64,000 nt of DNA, taken from assembly GCA_003156975.1 (NCBI GenBank), contig PMIE01000043.1, positions 26,618-90,617 of the forward strand, read 5' to 3'. This document shows positions 48,497 through 57,608 of the stretch, in pieces. This DNA is from Chloroflexota bacterium (GTDB lineage Bacteria; Chloroflexota; Limnocylindria; Limnocylindrales; CSP1-4). The translations under genes were made by a program, and so were the position numbers. The notes under the pieces were generated by a model that saw only the letters and a program-made list of their open reading frames with translations, did not search any database and was not told the origin of the DNA. Position 1 is the stretch's first letter, and every line of letters begins with the position of its first letter.

Positions 48497-49771
48497 ATGC
48501 TCTATCTCAGCCAGGCGATTGGCCGGCCCGTGCGCGATCAGCACGGCGAGTCGATCGGAACGGTTGCCGACCTGATCGTCGCCATCGGCGATCGGTATCC
48601 GCCTGTGACCGGGATCGTCGTCAAGACGAACGGCCGCGAGATATTCCTTCACTGGAACTCGGTGACATCGCTGGATGCAGGCGGCGCCACGCTCGGCACC
48701 TCCGCCATCGATATCAGCAAGTTCCAGCAAAGGCCCAACGAGATCCGTCTGAAGCAGGACTTGATGGACCGCCAGATCGTCGACATCGACGGTCGGAAGG
48801 TGGTCCGAGTCAACGACCTGCGCCTGGATGAGGTCGAGGGTTCGCTCCACCTCGTCGCAGTCGACGTGGGGGCCTCCGGGCTGCTTCGGCGGCTCGGGAT
48901 CGAAGGGCCGTGGCGAGTCATCGCCCGGGGCGTGGGTCGCGGCGTTCCGGAGCGATATATCGATTGGGAGGACGTGGATCCGGTCGAGCGGACGATCGCC
49001 AGCGTCAAGCTGCGCGTCCCGCACAAGGGTCTGGCGGAACTCCACCCGGCCGACCTTGCGACGATCATGGATCAGCTCAGCCGCAACGACCGCGTGGGCG
49101 TCATCGCCGCCCTGGACGACGAGGCGGCGGCCGATGCCATCGGCGAGATGGAGCCCGAGACTCAGGTCGACATCCTTGAAGACCTCGAGCCCGGCCGTGC
49201 CGCCGACATCCTCGAGGAGATGGACCCGGACGAGGCCGCGGATCTTGTGGCCGATCTGTCCGAGGAGAGCCGCGAGGAAATCCTGGGCCTCATGGAAAAG
49301 GAAGAGGCCGACGAGGTGCAGGAACTGATGACGTACGCCGAGGACACGGCGGGCGGCATCATGACGACCGAGTTCGTGGCCGTGCCGGCCACGCTCACCG
49401 CCGCCCAAACGATCGATCGCCTGCGCGAACTCGAGCCCGACGCCGAGACCATCTACTACGTGTACGTTACCGATTCAGACGGCCGCCTCTGTGGCGTTCT
49501 GTCCTTGCGAGACCTGATCGTGGCCAAGCCGAACACGACCATTGCAACTTGTATGTACCCAGATCCGGTCGCCGTCCGCACGGATGCCAGCCAGGAAGAG
49601 GTCACCGAAGTGGTGGCCCGGTACAACCTGCTGGCAGTCCCCGTGGTCGACGCGGAGGGCCGCCTCGAGGGCATCGTCACCGTCGACGACGCGATTGACA
49701 CTCTCCTGCCGCAACCGTCCAAGCGCCGCATCCCGCGCCTCTTCAGCAGGTCCGGTGGCGGCGACCGATGA
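48497..49771 (+). CDS. soluble MgtE N-terminal domain plus tandem CBS protein with an N-terminal PRC-barrel-like domain (no transporter TM domain)
   Basis: An acidic MgtE-N helical bundle (DDEAAADAIGEMEPETQVDILEDLEPGRAADILEEMDPDEAADLVADL) is followed by a CBS pair (MTTEFVAVPATLT...; LAVPVVDAEGRLEGIVTVDD). The ORF ends without any TM segment. Its stop overlaps the NRAMP start as ATGA. Confidence 0.75.
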   Translation: MLYLSQAIGRPVRDQHGESIGTVADLIVAIGDRYPPVTGIVVKTNGREIFLHWNSVTSLDAGGATLGTSAIDISKFQQRPNEIRLKQDLMDRQIVDIDGRKVVRVNDLRLDEVEGSLHLVAVDVGASGLLRRLGIEGPWRVIARGVGRGVPERYIDWEDVDPVERTIASVKLRVPHKGLAELHPADLATIMDQLSRNDRVGVIAALDDEAAADAIGEMEPETQVDILEDLEPGRAADILEEMDPDEAADLVADLSEESREEILGLMEKEEADEVQELMTYAEDTAGGIMTTEFVAVPATLTAAQTIDRLRELEPDAETIYYVYVTDSDGRLCGVLSLRDLIVAKPNTTIATCMYPDPVAVRTDASQEEVTEVVARYNLLAVPVVDAEGRLEGIVTVDDAIDTLLPQPSKRRIPRLFSRSGGGDR

Positions 49772-51051
49772 GGAAGCCGGCTATCGCCCTCAGCCCTCGA
49801 GCGGCAAACCGGGTCAGGCTGGCGGCGATCCTGGGCGTCCTGGGCCCGGGCCTGGTGAGCGGCTTCGCCGACAACGACGCCGGTGGAATCACGACCTACT
49901 CCGTTGCCGGCGTCAAGTACGGGTATGAGCTGCTGTGGGTCCTGCTGGCCACACAGATAGTCCTGTTCTTCACCCAGGAAGTGGGTGCTCGACTTGGGCT
50001 GGCAACCGGCCAGGGACTGACGGGGCTGGTCCGCGAGCGGTTCGGCGTCCGCTGGGTCACGTTCCTGACAGTGACGATGCTCATTGCGAATACCGGCTCG
50101 ATCGTCGCGGAGTTCGCCGGCACCGCGGCGGCTCTCAGCCTGTTCAACGTGGCACCCGCCGTCAGCGCCATCCTGGCCGCATCCGTCGTCATTCTGCTCC
50201 TCACTCGCGGCAGCTTCGGCAAGGTCCAGTACCTGTTCGTGGCCACGGGCATCGGCATCTCACTGGCGTATTTCGTTTCGGCGCTCATGGCCAAACCGGA
50301 CTGGGGCCTGGCCGCTTCCTCACTGGTCATCCCGCGCGGATCGCTCAACGGCGCCTACTGGTTGGCGGTCGTCGCAACCGTCGGCACCACGATCACACCC
50401 TGGGGACAGGCCTTCATCCAATCGTATTGCGCCGACAAACGGCTCGGACCCGAAGACCTCGTGGGCGAGCGGCTGGACGTCGGCCTGGGGGCATTGCTGA
50501 CCAACCTGATCGCGGCCTTCATCGTCGTTGCCTGCGCATCCGCCCTGGCGGCTCACGGAGTGAAGATCGACACCAACTCCCCCACCGCGATCGCGGATAT
50601 CGCCAAGGCGCTGGCACCGCTGGCCGGCGGAGGGGCGACGGTCCTGTTCGCCGTTGGGTTGCTGGCGGCATCCTTCCTTGGACTCGGAGTTGTGCCGCTG
50701 ACAAGTGCGTATGCGGCCTGCGAAGCCTTCGGATGGGAGACCGGCGTGAACTGGCAATGGCGTGAGGCGCCGGCGTTCTACGGCCTTCTGGTCTTCTTCA
50801 TTGTCTTTGCCGGACTGTTCGTCCTGATCCCGGGCCTGCCTCTCGTGCAAGTCATGTTCATGGCCCAGGTGATCAATGCCTTGCTGCTCCCATTCGTGCT
50901 GGTTTTCGTGATGCTGCTTGCGTCGGACAAGAAGCTGATGGGGCCGCTGGCCAGTGGCCGATTCCTCCAGATAGTCGGTTGGACGGGAACGGCGCTGCTG
51001 GTGCTGCTGTCCGTGACGCTGGCCTGGTCGTCGTTCTTCGTCAAGGCTTGA
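49768..51051 (+). CDS. mntH: NRAMP family divalent metal (Mn2+/Fe2+) transporter
   Basis: GPGLVSGFADNDAGGITTYSVAGVKYGY is the NRAMP DPGN-type consensus region. Eleven TM helices are predicted. Length is 427 aa. Confidence 0.85.
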   Translation: MRKPAIALSPRAANRVRLAAILGVLGPGLVSGFADNDAGGITTYSVAGVKYGYELLWVLLATQIVLFFTQEVGARLGLATGQGLTGLVRERFGVRWVTFLTVTMLIANTGSIVAEFAGTAAALSLFNVAPAVSAILAASVVILLLTRGSFGKVQYLFVATGIGISLAYFVSALMAKPDWGLAASSLVIPRGSLNGAYWLAVVATVGTTITPWGQAFIQSYCADKRLGPEDLVGERLDVGLGALLTNLIAAFIVVACASALAAHGVKIDTNSPTAIADIAKALAPLAGGGATVLFAVGLLAASFLGLGVVPLTSAYAACEAFGWETGVNWQWREAPAFYGLLVFFIVFAGLFVLIPGLPLVQVMFMAQVINALLLPFVLVFVMLLASDKKLMGPLASGRFLQIVGWTGTALLVLLSVTLAWSSFFVKA

Positions 51052-51075
51052 GGCGACACCGGGGTCTGCTAGAGG

Positions 51076-52185
51076 CTAGGTACGAACGCCCAGTTCCGCC
51101 CATACCTCCGCCATTCGAGCCGCGGCGGTCCGGATATCGTGCCCGGCAACCGAAGCCGGTCCGGCCGCGCCGAGCCGTGCCCGCAGGCCGGCGTCTTGCA
51201 GCCGACTCAGAGCGCCGGCCAGGGCGCCGGGATCGTCGGGCGGAATGAGCAGACCGTTCTCTCCGTCGCGAACCACCTCGCGCAGGCCCCCGACATCCGA
51301 TGCGATCACCGGCGTTCCACATGCGAGACCCTCCACGGCCGCCAACCCGAGGGGCTCTCGGCGCGACGGGACCACGACAACATCTGCCGTCCGCATCCAG
51401 GCCGCGATCTCGGCGGGGGGTGCGGGCGGCAGCAACCGAACTGACGGAAGGAGCGTGGAGATGGACTCGGCCAGAGGGCCGTCCCCAACCATCACTCCGG
51501 ACCACCCGGCCGGCCCGGCGAGATCGAGTGCGGCGGCAAAGACATCGGCGCCCTTGCGCTCGGACAAGGTTCCAACGTACAAGGCGAACAAACCCTCCGG
51601 TGCACCGAGGCGGATTCGCTCGGCGGAGCGATCGGCGGCTGGAGTGGCGGCTGGAGTGGCGCCGCCGGCCGGCCGGAAGACCGTCATGTCCACGCCCGGC
51701 GAGATGACCCGTGCCGTGGCGCCGAGTCTCTCCACGAAACCGGCGGTATCCCGGGAGTTGGTAACCACGGCCCTGGATCCCCGGACGACCCAGCCGGCAA
51801 GCGAGCCGTGGAATCGGTTGCGCCGGGCATAGTCGGCCACGTCGCCGCCGTGGGCGTAAGCGACCATTGGGATGCGCCGGAGTCTCGCCGCGAGCAGGCC
51901 GATCACCCCGGCGAAGTAGACGGGGTGCGACTCCACGCCGTCGAAGCGGCCCCTCGCCGTCAGGGCCCGGCGGGCGATCCCCAGGTGGCGGAACAGCGAG
52001 TTGCTCCGATAGCTGGTCGGTCCGGCGACGACGACTTCGACGCCCCGCTCACGCAGCGCCGCCACGCGGCGAGCCACAAAGGGGCTCATGTTGGGGCGAT
52101 CCGGCGTCGGGTAGATGTTCGTGACGAGGAGCAGCCGCGTGGGCCGCTGGGGGGCGCCTGGTTTCGGTGAAGGGCGCTCTGGCAT
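51076..52185 (-). CDS. glycosyltransferase family 4
   Basis: Start is the ATG at 52185 (MPERPSP...). A GT-B fold with an E-x7-E-like region is visible (VVPSRREPLGLAAVEGLACGTPVIASDVGG). The 5' 1.2 kb of ORF 51076..53379 is antisense to wecB and is rejected. Confidence 0.75.
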   Translation of the reverse strand: MPERPSPKPGAPQRPTRLLLVTNIYPTPDRPNMSPFVARRVAALRERGVEVVVAGPTSYRSNSLFRHLGIARRALTARGRFDGVESHPVYFAGVIGLLAARLRRIPMVAYAHGGDVADYARRNRFHGSLAGWVVRGSRAVVTNSRDTAGFVERLGATARVISPGVDMTVFRPAGGATPAATPAADRSAERIRLGAPEGLFALYVGTLSERKGADVFAAALDLAGPAGWSGVMVGDGPLAESISTLLPSVRLLPPAPPAEIAAWMRTADVVVVPSRREPLGLAAVEGLACGTPVIASDVGGLREVVRDGENGLLIPPDDPGALAGALSRLQDAGLRARLGAAGPASVAGHDIRTAAARMAEVWAELGVRT

Positions 52186-52323
52186 GTCCGGAATGATGGC
52201 AGGGCCGCGTCGATCCTGCGCCCGGTGCGCGTCGGCCGCGCACGACTCGGCCGGCGCCAGCGCCGCCCTGCCGGCCCCGACGCCGAACCTGTGCGGACCA
52301 ACGCGGGCCGCTACCATTGGCCC

Positions 52324-53445
52324 ATGCCCCGAACGGTTCTGTGCGTCGTCGGCGCGCGACCCAACTTCATGAAAATGGCGCCGCTGCTCGCCGCGATGCG
52401 TCGACGCCCGGATCGCCTCGCGCCGCTGCTGGTCCACACCGGCCAGCACTATGACGCGGCCATGTCGGATGTCTTCTTCGACCAGCTCGGCATGCCGAAG
52501 CCGGACATACATCTCGGCATAGGGCCCGGAAGCCACGCCACACAGACCGCCGGCATCATGGTCGCGATGGAGCGCGTGGTCGCCGACACGGCGCCGCAGC
52601 TGCTCCTGGTCGTGGGCGACGTCAACTCGACGATCGCGGCGGCGGTCGTAGCAGCGAAGGCGGGGATCCCGCTGGCCCACGTCGAGGCCGGCCTGCGAAG
52701 CTTCGACCGGCGGATGCCCGAGGAAGTCAACCGTATCGTCACCGATGCCCTGGCCTCCTATCTCTTCGTGACCGAAGAGTCGGGGGTTGTGAATCTGCAG
52801 CACGAGGGCGTGGACGCTTCGCGGATCTTCCTGGTAGGGAACGTGATGATAGACACGCTCGATTCGCTGCTGCCGACCATACGAGAGCGTCACAAGGCCG
52901 CCGAGCTGGGCCTTTCGGCCGGCGAATACGGCGTCGTGACTCTGCACCGACCCTCGAACGTCGACGACGCGGAGATGCTGGCCAGGTGGGTCGGAGCACT
53001 CGAGGTGATGGCCCGCCGGCTGCCGCTCGTCTTCCCGGCCCACCCCCGGACTGCCGCCCGCCTCGCCGCCGAGGGACTGGCGGATCGACTGTCCGCCGCG
53101 GGAGTACAGATCGTTGAGCCGCAGCCGTACGTGGAGTTCATCAGCCTCGTCGCCGATGCCCGCGTCGTTCTCACAGACTCCGGCGGAATCCAGGAAGAGA
53201 CCACAGTCCTCGGCACGCCCTGCTTGACTCTGCGAGAAAGCACCGAGCGGCCGGCAACCGTGACTCTCGGAACCAACCGACTCGTTGGAACGGACCCTTC
53301 GGATGCAGTGCAAGCGCTGGAGGAGGCGCTGGCAACAGCCCCACTCAAGCCGCCCCCGCCGCCATTCTGGGACGGGCACGCCGCAGAGCGGATCGTCGAG
53401 ATCCTCGATGGACGCGAATGGACTGCTCTGGGAACGCCGGCTTAG
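52324..53445 (+). CDS. wecB: UDP-N-acetylglucosamine 2-epimerase (non-hydrolysing)
   Basis: VLCVVGARPNFMKMAPL...HTGQHYD...GDVNSTIAAA...HVEAGLRSFD...TDSGGIQEE is the classic WecB/MnaA motif set. Confidence 0.85.
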   Translation: MPRTVLCVVGARPNFMKMAPLLAAMRRRPDRLAPLLVHTGQHYDAAMSDVFFDQLGMPKPDIHLGIGPGSHATQTAGIMVAMERVVADTAPQLLLVVGDVNSTIAAAVVAAKAGIPLAHVEAGLRSFDRRMPEEVNRIVTDALASYLFVTEESGVVNLQHEGVDASRIFLVGNVMIDTLDSLLPTIRERHKAAELGLSAGEYGVVTLHRPSNVDDAEMLARWVGALEVMARRLPLVFPAHPRTAARLAAEGLADRLSAAGVQIVEPQPYVEFISLVADARVVLTDSGGIQEETTVLGTPCLTLRESTERPATVTLGTNRLVGTDPSDAVQALEEALATAPLKPPPPPFWDGHAAERIVEILDGREWTALGTPA

Positions 53446-53475
53446 CGACCGGCCGGGCAGAGGCGAAGACTCCGA

Positions 53476-54873
53476 TCAGTTGGCTTTGCGGCGTGATCCG
53501 CCGGGCTCCGCCGCGTGTTCGCTCAGGACCCCGTCCAGGACTGCCGCCAGCTCAGCCGCCAGGTTGACCCTGTCGTAGCGGCCGGCCGCATCGGCATGAC
53601 CCGGCGCGGGAGGATCGTCGAGCAGCCGCTCCAGGGCATCGGCAACGCTGGCGGGATCCACATCGGCACCCCTTCCGCCCGGCATGCCCTCGATCAAGCG
53701 ACGCCCCTCACCGGGCGGCATGACGGCCAGGACCGGCCGATCGAGGGCCATGTACTCGAAGACCTTGCCGCCGACGAACATCTCCGTGCCAGGTTCGTCC
53801 GGCATGAGCTGAAGCAGGGCATCGGCTCCGGCCATCTGTGCCAGCGCTTCTCGCCGCGGAACGAAATCCTCGAACCGGACGACGTCTCCGAGGCGGCCCG
53901 GGCTCGTGTAGGCGGCCGCGACGCGCTTGTTCTCCTCGTTGGCGCGGCCCAGGAACCTGACCCGCAGCCGCGCCCGAATCTCCGGTCGCCGCTCGATCAG
54001 TCGCTCAACGCCACCGAGGAAGGCATTCAGCTCGCCCTTCCGGTAGAGGCTTCCGGCAAAGAGCAGAGTGAACTTTGTCGGGTCGGACCGCGTCGGCTCG
54101 ATGCCCGCAAAATCGGCCCGGTCGTAGCCGTTCGGGATGTAGATGAACTTGTCGGCCAGCGATGGGTACCGGGCTGCGAACATATCGCGCAAGCCTTCCA
54201 TTGCGAGGACCACGCGATCGGCCCGCTCCACGATCCAGCGCTCCGTGCGACGCTGCATCTGACGCTTCGGCGTCCTCGGGGTCGGCAGAATTGGGCTATC
54301 CACCCAGGGGTCTCGGAAGTCCGCCACCCACGGCAGCCCGGTCCTGCTCTTGATCGCGCCGGCCACGATGTGCGACGAGATGGGCAGTGAACTCGAGTAC
54401 AGGACATCGACGGGCCGGCGCGAATTGGCCCGCAGTCCTGCCCGAACCGCGGACGGCAGCCAGGCGATGCCCTGATCCGGAAACAGCAACGCGTCCCACA
54501 GGCGCTGCCAGGCCCTTGCTCCCAGCCGGCCCGCACGCCGGATCGGCGAGGAATGTCGCGGTCGTTGGCTGCCCAATTCGCAGGAGCCGGCGGCATTGGC
54601 CTCACCTGCGACCGAGCCTCGGGCCATGCGGCGGCTCGCCACCATCGCCGCCCGCGCCGGCTCCAGGCTGAGGCTGCGGTGGACCTCGATTCCGTCCGGA
54701 ACGGAGGCCAGAAGGGCGGGATCGCGCAAAGGAAACGCCGGATCTCGCGGCGCAAGCACGACGGGTTCCCAACCCCAACGGCGCAGATGCGTCACGTACT
54801 TGAGGGTCCGCTGCACGCCTATCCCGCCCACCGGCGGGAAATGATAGGTCACGACGAGAACGCGGCCGGGCAT
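53476..54873 (-). CDS. glycosyltransferase family 4
   Basis: The GT-B N-domain (VLVVTYHFPPVGGIGVQR) and C-domain (FVGGKVFEYMALDRPVLA) are present. Confidence 0.8.
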   Translation of the reverse strand: MPGRVLVVTYHFPPVGGIGVQRTLKYVTHLRRWGWEPVVLAPRDPAFPLRDPALLASVPDGIEVHRSLSLEPARAAMVASRRMARGSVAGEANAAGSCELGSQRPRHSSPIRRAGRLGARAWQRLWDALLFPDQGIAWLPSAVRAGLRANSRRPVDVLYSSSLPISSHIVAGAIKSRTGLPWVADFRDPWVDSPILPTPRTPKRQMQRRTERWIVERADRVVLAMEGLRDMFAARYPSLADKFIYIPNGYDRADFAGIEPTRSDPTKFTLLFAGSLYRKGELNAFLGGVERLIERRPEIRARLRVRFLGRANEENKRVAAAYTSPGRLGDVVRFEDFVPRREALAQMAGADALLQLMPDEPGTEMFVGGKVFEYMALDRPVLAVMPPGEGRRLIEGMPGGRGADVDPASVADALERLLDDPPAPGHADAAGRYDRVNLAAELAAVLDGVLSEHAAEPGGSRRKAN

Positions 54874-54882
54874 CTCCAGACT

Positions 54883-56103
54883 CTACCTGGCCGACGACGT
54901 GGGCGGGACGCGCCGGCCTGCGGATGACTCCGACAGGACGGCCGCGTATACCGCTCGAAACTGGGCCCCGACGGGGGCCAGGCCGTATCGAGCCTGTGCC
55001 CGAGCGCAGATCGCCGCTCCATCGAAGGAACCCGGGTTCGCCAGGACGCTCTCTATGGCATCGGCCAGCGCGATCGGATCTTCCGGAGCCACGAGGATCC
55101 CGTCCTGCTCCGACATCATCTCGGGGATGCCACCGACGGTCGTCGAAACGACCGGCAGGCCCGATGCCATCGCTTCGATGATGACGCAAGGCAGGTTCTC
55201 GAACCGGCTCGGGAGCACGAAGACATCCGACGCCCGCATGAGGTCCGCAACGCCGCTCTTCTTGAGGGCCCCGCAAAACGTGATCGAGGCCGCAACCGGC
55301 GACTCGGCGACGCGGCGCTCATGTTCCGCCCGGGTTGGTCCATCGCCAACGACGTCCAGATGCCAGTCGTTCCGCCGTTCGGCCAGCAGCACCAGCGACG
55401 CCAGCAGGGTCGGGAAACCCTTGTGATCGGTGGGCTCCAGGTTGCCAACGAACAGCAAGTGCTTGGGTCCGCTCGCCCGATCCTCGCCCTTGGCCGGATG
55501 GAAGATCGCGGTGTCGACAGCGTTCGGCACGATCTCGAAACGGGCTCTCACGCCGTATGCCTCGATCGCCCGCTGAAGATAGAGACAGACCGGCAGAACA
55601 CGAGCGGCATTTCGAAACGCGTAGCGAGCCATGTGGACGGCGGCCCTTGTCAGAGTCCGCCTGGGAAACGCCGTGAAGTGCTCGGTGATCACAACGGGCG
55701 TGCGAGTCAGCCTGCCTACGATCACGGCCGGGACGCCGGCGCTGTAGACGTGGGCGTGGATCACGTCGGGGCGGTAGCCGCCTGCGCGCAGCCGCCGGCA
55801 AGCCCGGATCACACTCCAGATGTAGATCGGGTAAGAGAGGCCGGTCGACAGGCGCCGCAGCGGGCCTCCGAACCGGAATGCCCCGTGCAGGACGCGGTAG
55901 GTCTTGATCCCCTCCATCAACTCCGCGTCGTGCTCCTCGTCCATTTGCCACAGGCCGTGCCCTCGGCCGGCCAGGCCGGGGATGTGGAGGACTCTGACCT
56001 CGGCGCCGGACGCCCGTACGGCCTTGGCGTGCTCACGCACGAAGATGCCGTTGTATATCCGGTCCGGAGCGGGGTACCAGTCCGTGAGGAAGAGGACTCT
56101 CAT
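54883..56103 (-). CDS. glycosyltransferase family 4
   Basis: The start is placed at MRVLFLTDWYP. The motif FVLPSRFENLPCVIIEAMASGLPVVSTTVGGIPE is present. Confidence 0.8.
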   Translation of the reverse strand: MRVLFLTDWYPAPDRIYNGIFVREHAKAVRASGAEVRVLHIPGLAGRGHGLWQMDEEHDAELMEGIKTYRVLHGAFRFGGPLRRLSTGLSYPIYIWSVIRACRRLRAGGYRPDVIHAHVYSAGVPAVIVGRLTRTPVVITEHFTAFPRRTLTRAAVHMARYAFRNAARVLPVCLYLQRAIEAYGVRARFEIVPNAVDTAIFHPAKGEDRASGPKHLLFVGNLEPTDHKGFPTLLASLVLLAERRNDWHLDVVGDGPTRAEHERRVAESPVAASITFCGALKKSGVADLMRASDVFVLPSRFENLPCVIIEAMASGLPVVSTTVGGIPEMMSEQDGILVAPEDPIALADAIESVLANPGSFDGAAICARAQARYGLAPVGAQFRAVYAAVLSESSAGRRVPPTSSAR

Positions 56104-56297
56104 CTGGACGCGAGGGTCGCACATGGCTGGAGAGCCCGTCAACCGTGAGGATGGCATTCGCGGCGATCTGCGGCAGAGGGGCCTGACGCGGTACTCTCAG
56201 GGATACCAGGCTGCTTGATGGCCGCCGAGTGGAATCCGTCACCGCTCAGACATCAGCCGCAGCCGTCGAGTGGAACTGTGGCGACACCGGAGGAATC

Positions 56298-57608
56298 GTG
56301 AAAGAGGACCGTTCAGTCGGCGTGATCGGGCTTGGCTACGTGGGTCTGCCGCTGGCGTTGGGCCTGACCGAAGCAGGGCTGACGGTTGTCGGCATCGATG
56401 CCAGTGTCCGCCGCGTGGAGGAACTCAACGCCGGCCACTCCCCTATCGACGACATAAACGACGCCCGCCTGGCGGCCGCAATGAAGGCCGGCTTCCGAGT
56501 CTCGGGGCCGGATCGAGCGGCTCTGGCCGCGGTTGACGCGATGATCGTCTGCGTCCCAACGCCGATCACGCAGTCCAAAGACCCGGACCTCGCCCCGGTT
56601 ATCTCTGCGGCAGAGCTGGTCGCGGCGTCGCTTCACGCCGGTCAACTCGTCGTGCTGCAGTCAACTACCTTCCCCGGAACTACCAACGGTCCGTTCCGAG
56701 AGGTTCTGGAACGATCCGGGCTCGTTGCCGGCAAAGACTTCGACCTGGCGTTCGCCCCCGAGCGCGTCAATCCGGGCGATCCGGCGAGTTCCGGACGGCT
56801 CGTGCCTCGACTCGTGGGCGGCGTCACGCCGGCCGGCACCGCTCGGGCCAAGCTCCTGTTCGAGAACATCAACACCACGGTCATTCCGTTGTCGTCGCCG
56901 GACACGGCCGAGATGGCGAAGCTCCTCGAGAATGTCTTCCGCAATATCAACATCGCCTTCGTGAATCAGCTCGCGCTGCTGTGCGAACGGATGGGCCTCG
57001 ACGTCTGGGAGGTCATCGACGCGGCAGCGACCAAGCCGTTCGGCTTCATGGCGTTCCGGCCCGGAGCGGGCGTCGGCGGACACTGCATCCCCGTCGACCC
57101 CTACTACCTCGCCTGGCGAGCCCGCGAGTTCGATTTCGTGGAGCGCTTCATCGAGCTGGCGGGTGACATCAATCTGGCCATGCCCCGCCACGTCGTCCAA
57201 CTGGCCGCCGACGCGCTCAACGAGCGTGGCCGCTCCCTGAAGGGATCGCGCGTCGGGGTCATAGGCGTGGCCTTCAAGCCGGACGTCCAGGACGCCCGCA
57301 ATACGCCCGCAGCGGACGTGCTGGCGATTCTGGGAAGCCGCGGCGCCGAAGTCTCGTTCCACGATCCGCTGGTCTCAGAGCTGCGTGACACGAACGGCAA
57401 GGTCCACCACTCCGTGTCGCTGGAGGAACTCCTCCGCGACTCGAACCTGCTCGTCGTCGTGACGGCCCACAAGCGACTGGACTGGGAGGCCATCTACGGC
57501 CAGGCGGATCTTGTCGTGGACACGGCCAACAGCTCGCGCGGTCGTGTGAAGCGGGCGAATCAGGTCCTTCGGCTGGGAGCAGGCTGGGCGACGCCGGACG
57601 CCGGCTAG
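56298..57608 (+). CDS. nucleotide-sugar dehydrogenase (UDP-ManNAc/UDP-glucose dehydrogenase family)
   Basis: The GTG start has GGAGGA upstream. The motifs VGVIGLGYVGLPLA (Rossmann fold), GGHCIPVDPYYL (catalytic Cys) and VIGVAFKPDVQDARNTPA are present. Confidence 0.85.
   Translation: MKEDRSVGVIGLGYVGLPLALGLTEAGLTVVGIDASVRRVEELNAGHSPIDDINDARLAAAMKAGFRVSGPDRAALAAVDAMIVCVPTPITQSKDPDLAPVISAAELVAASLHAGQLVVLQSTTFPGTTNGPFREVLERSGLVAGKDFDLAFAPERVNPGDPASSGRLVPRLVGGVTPAGTARAKLLFENINTTVIPLSSPDTAEMAKLLENVFRNINIAFVNQLALLCERMGLDVWEVIDAAATKPFGFMAFRPGAGVGGHCIPVDPYYLAWRAREFDFVERFIELAGDINLAMPRHVVQLAADALNERGRSLKGSRVGVIGVAFKPDVQDARNTPAADVLAILGSRGAEVSFHDPLVSELRDTNGKVHHSVSLEELLRDSNLLVVVTAHKRLDWEAIYGQADLVVDTANSSRGRVKRANQVLRLGAGWATPDAG

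Noticed and set aside
48341-49408. 355-aa ORF on the minus strand
   Set aside because: It is antisense to the MgtE-N/CBS gene.
52186-53379. 5' 1.2-kb extension of ORF 51076..53379
   Set aside because: It is antisense to wecB. The glycosyltransferase domain begins at the internal ATG at 52185.
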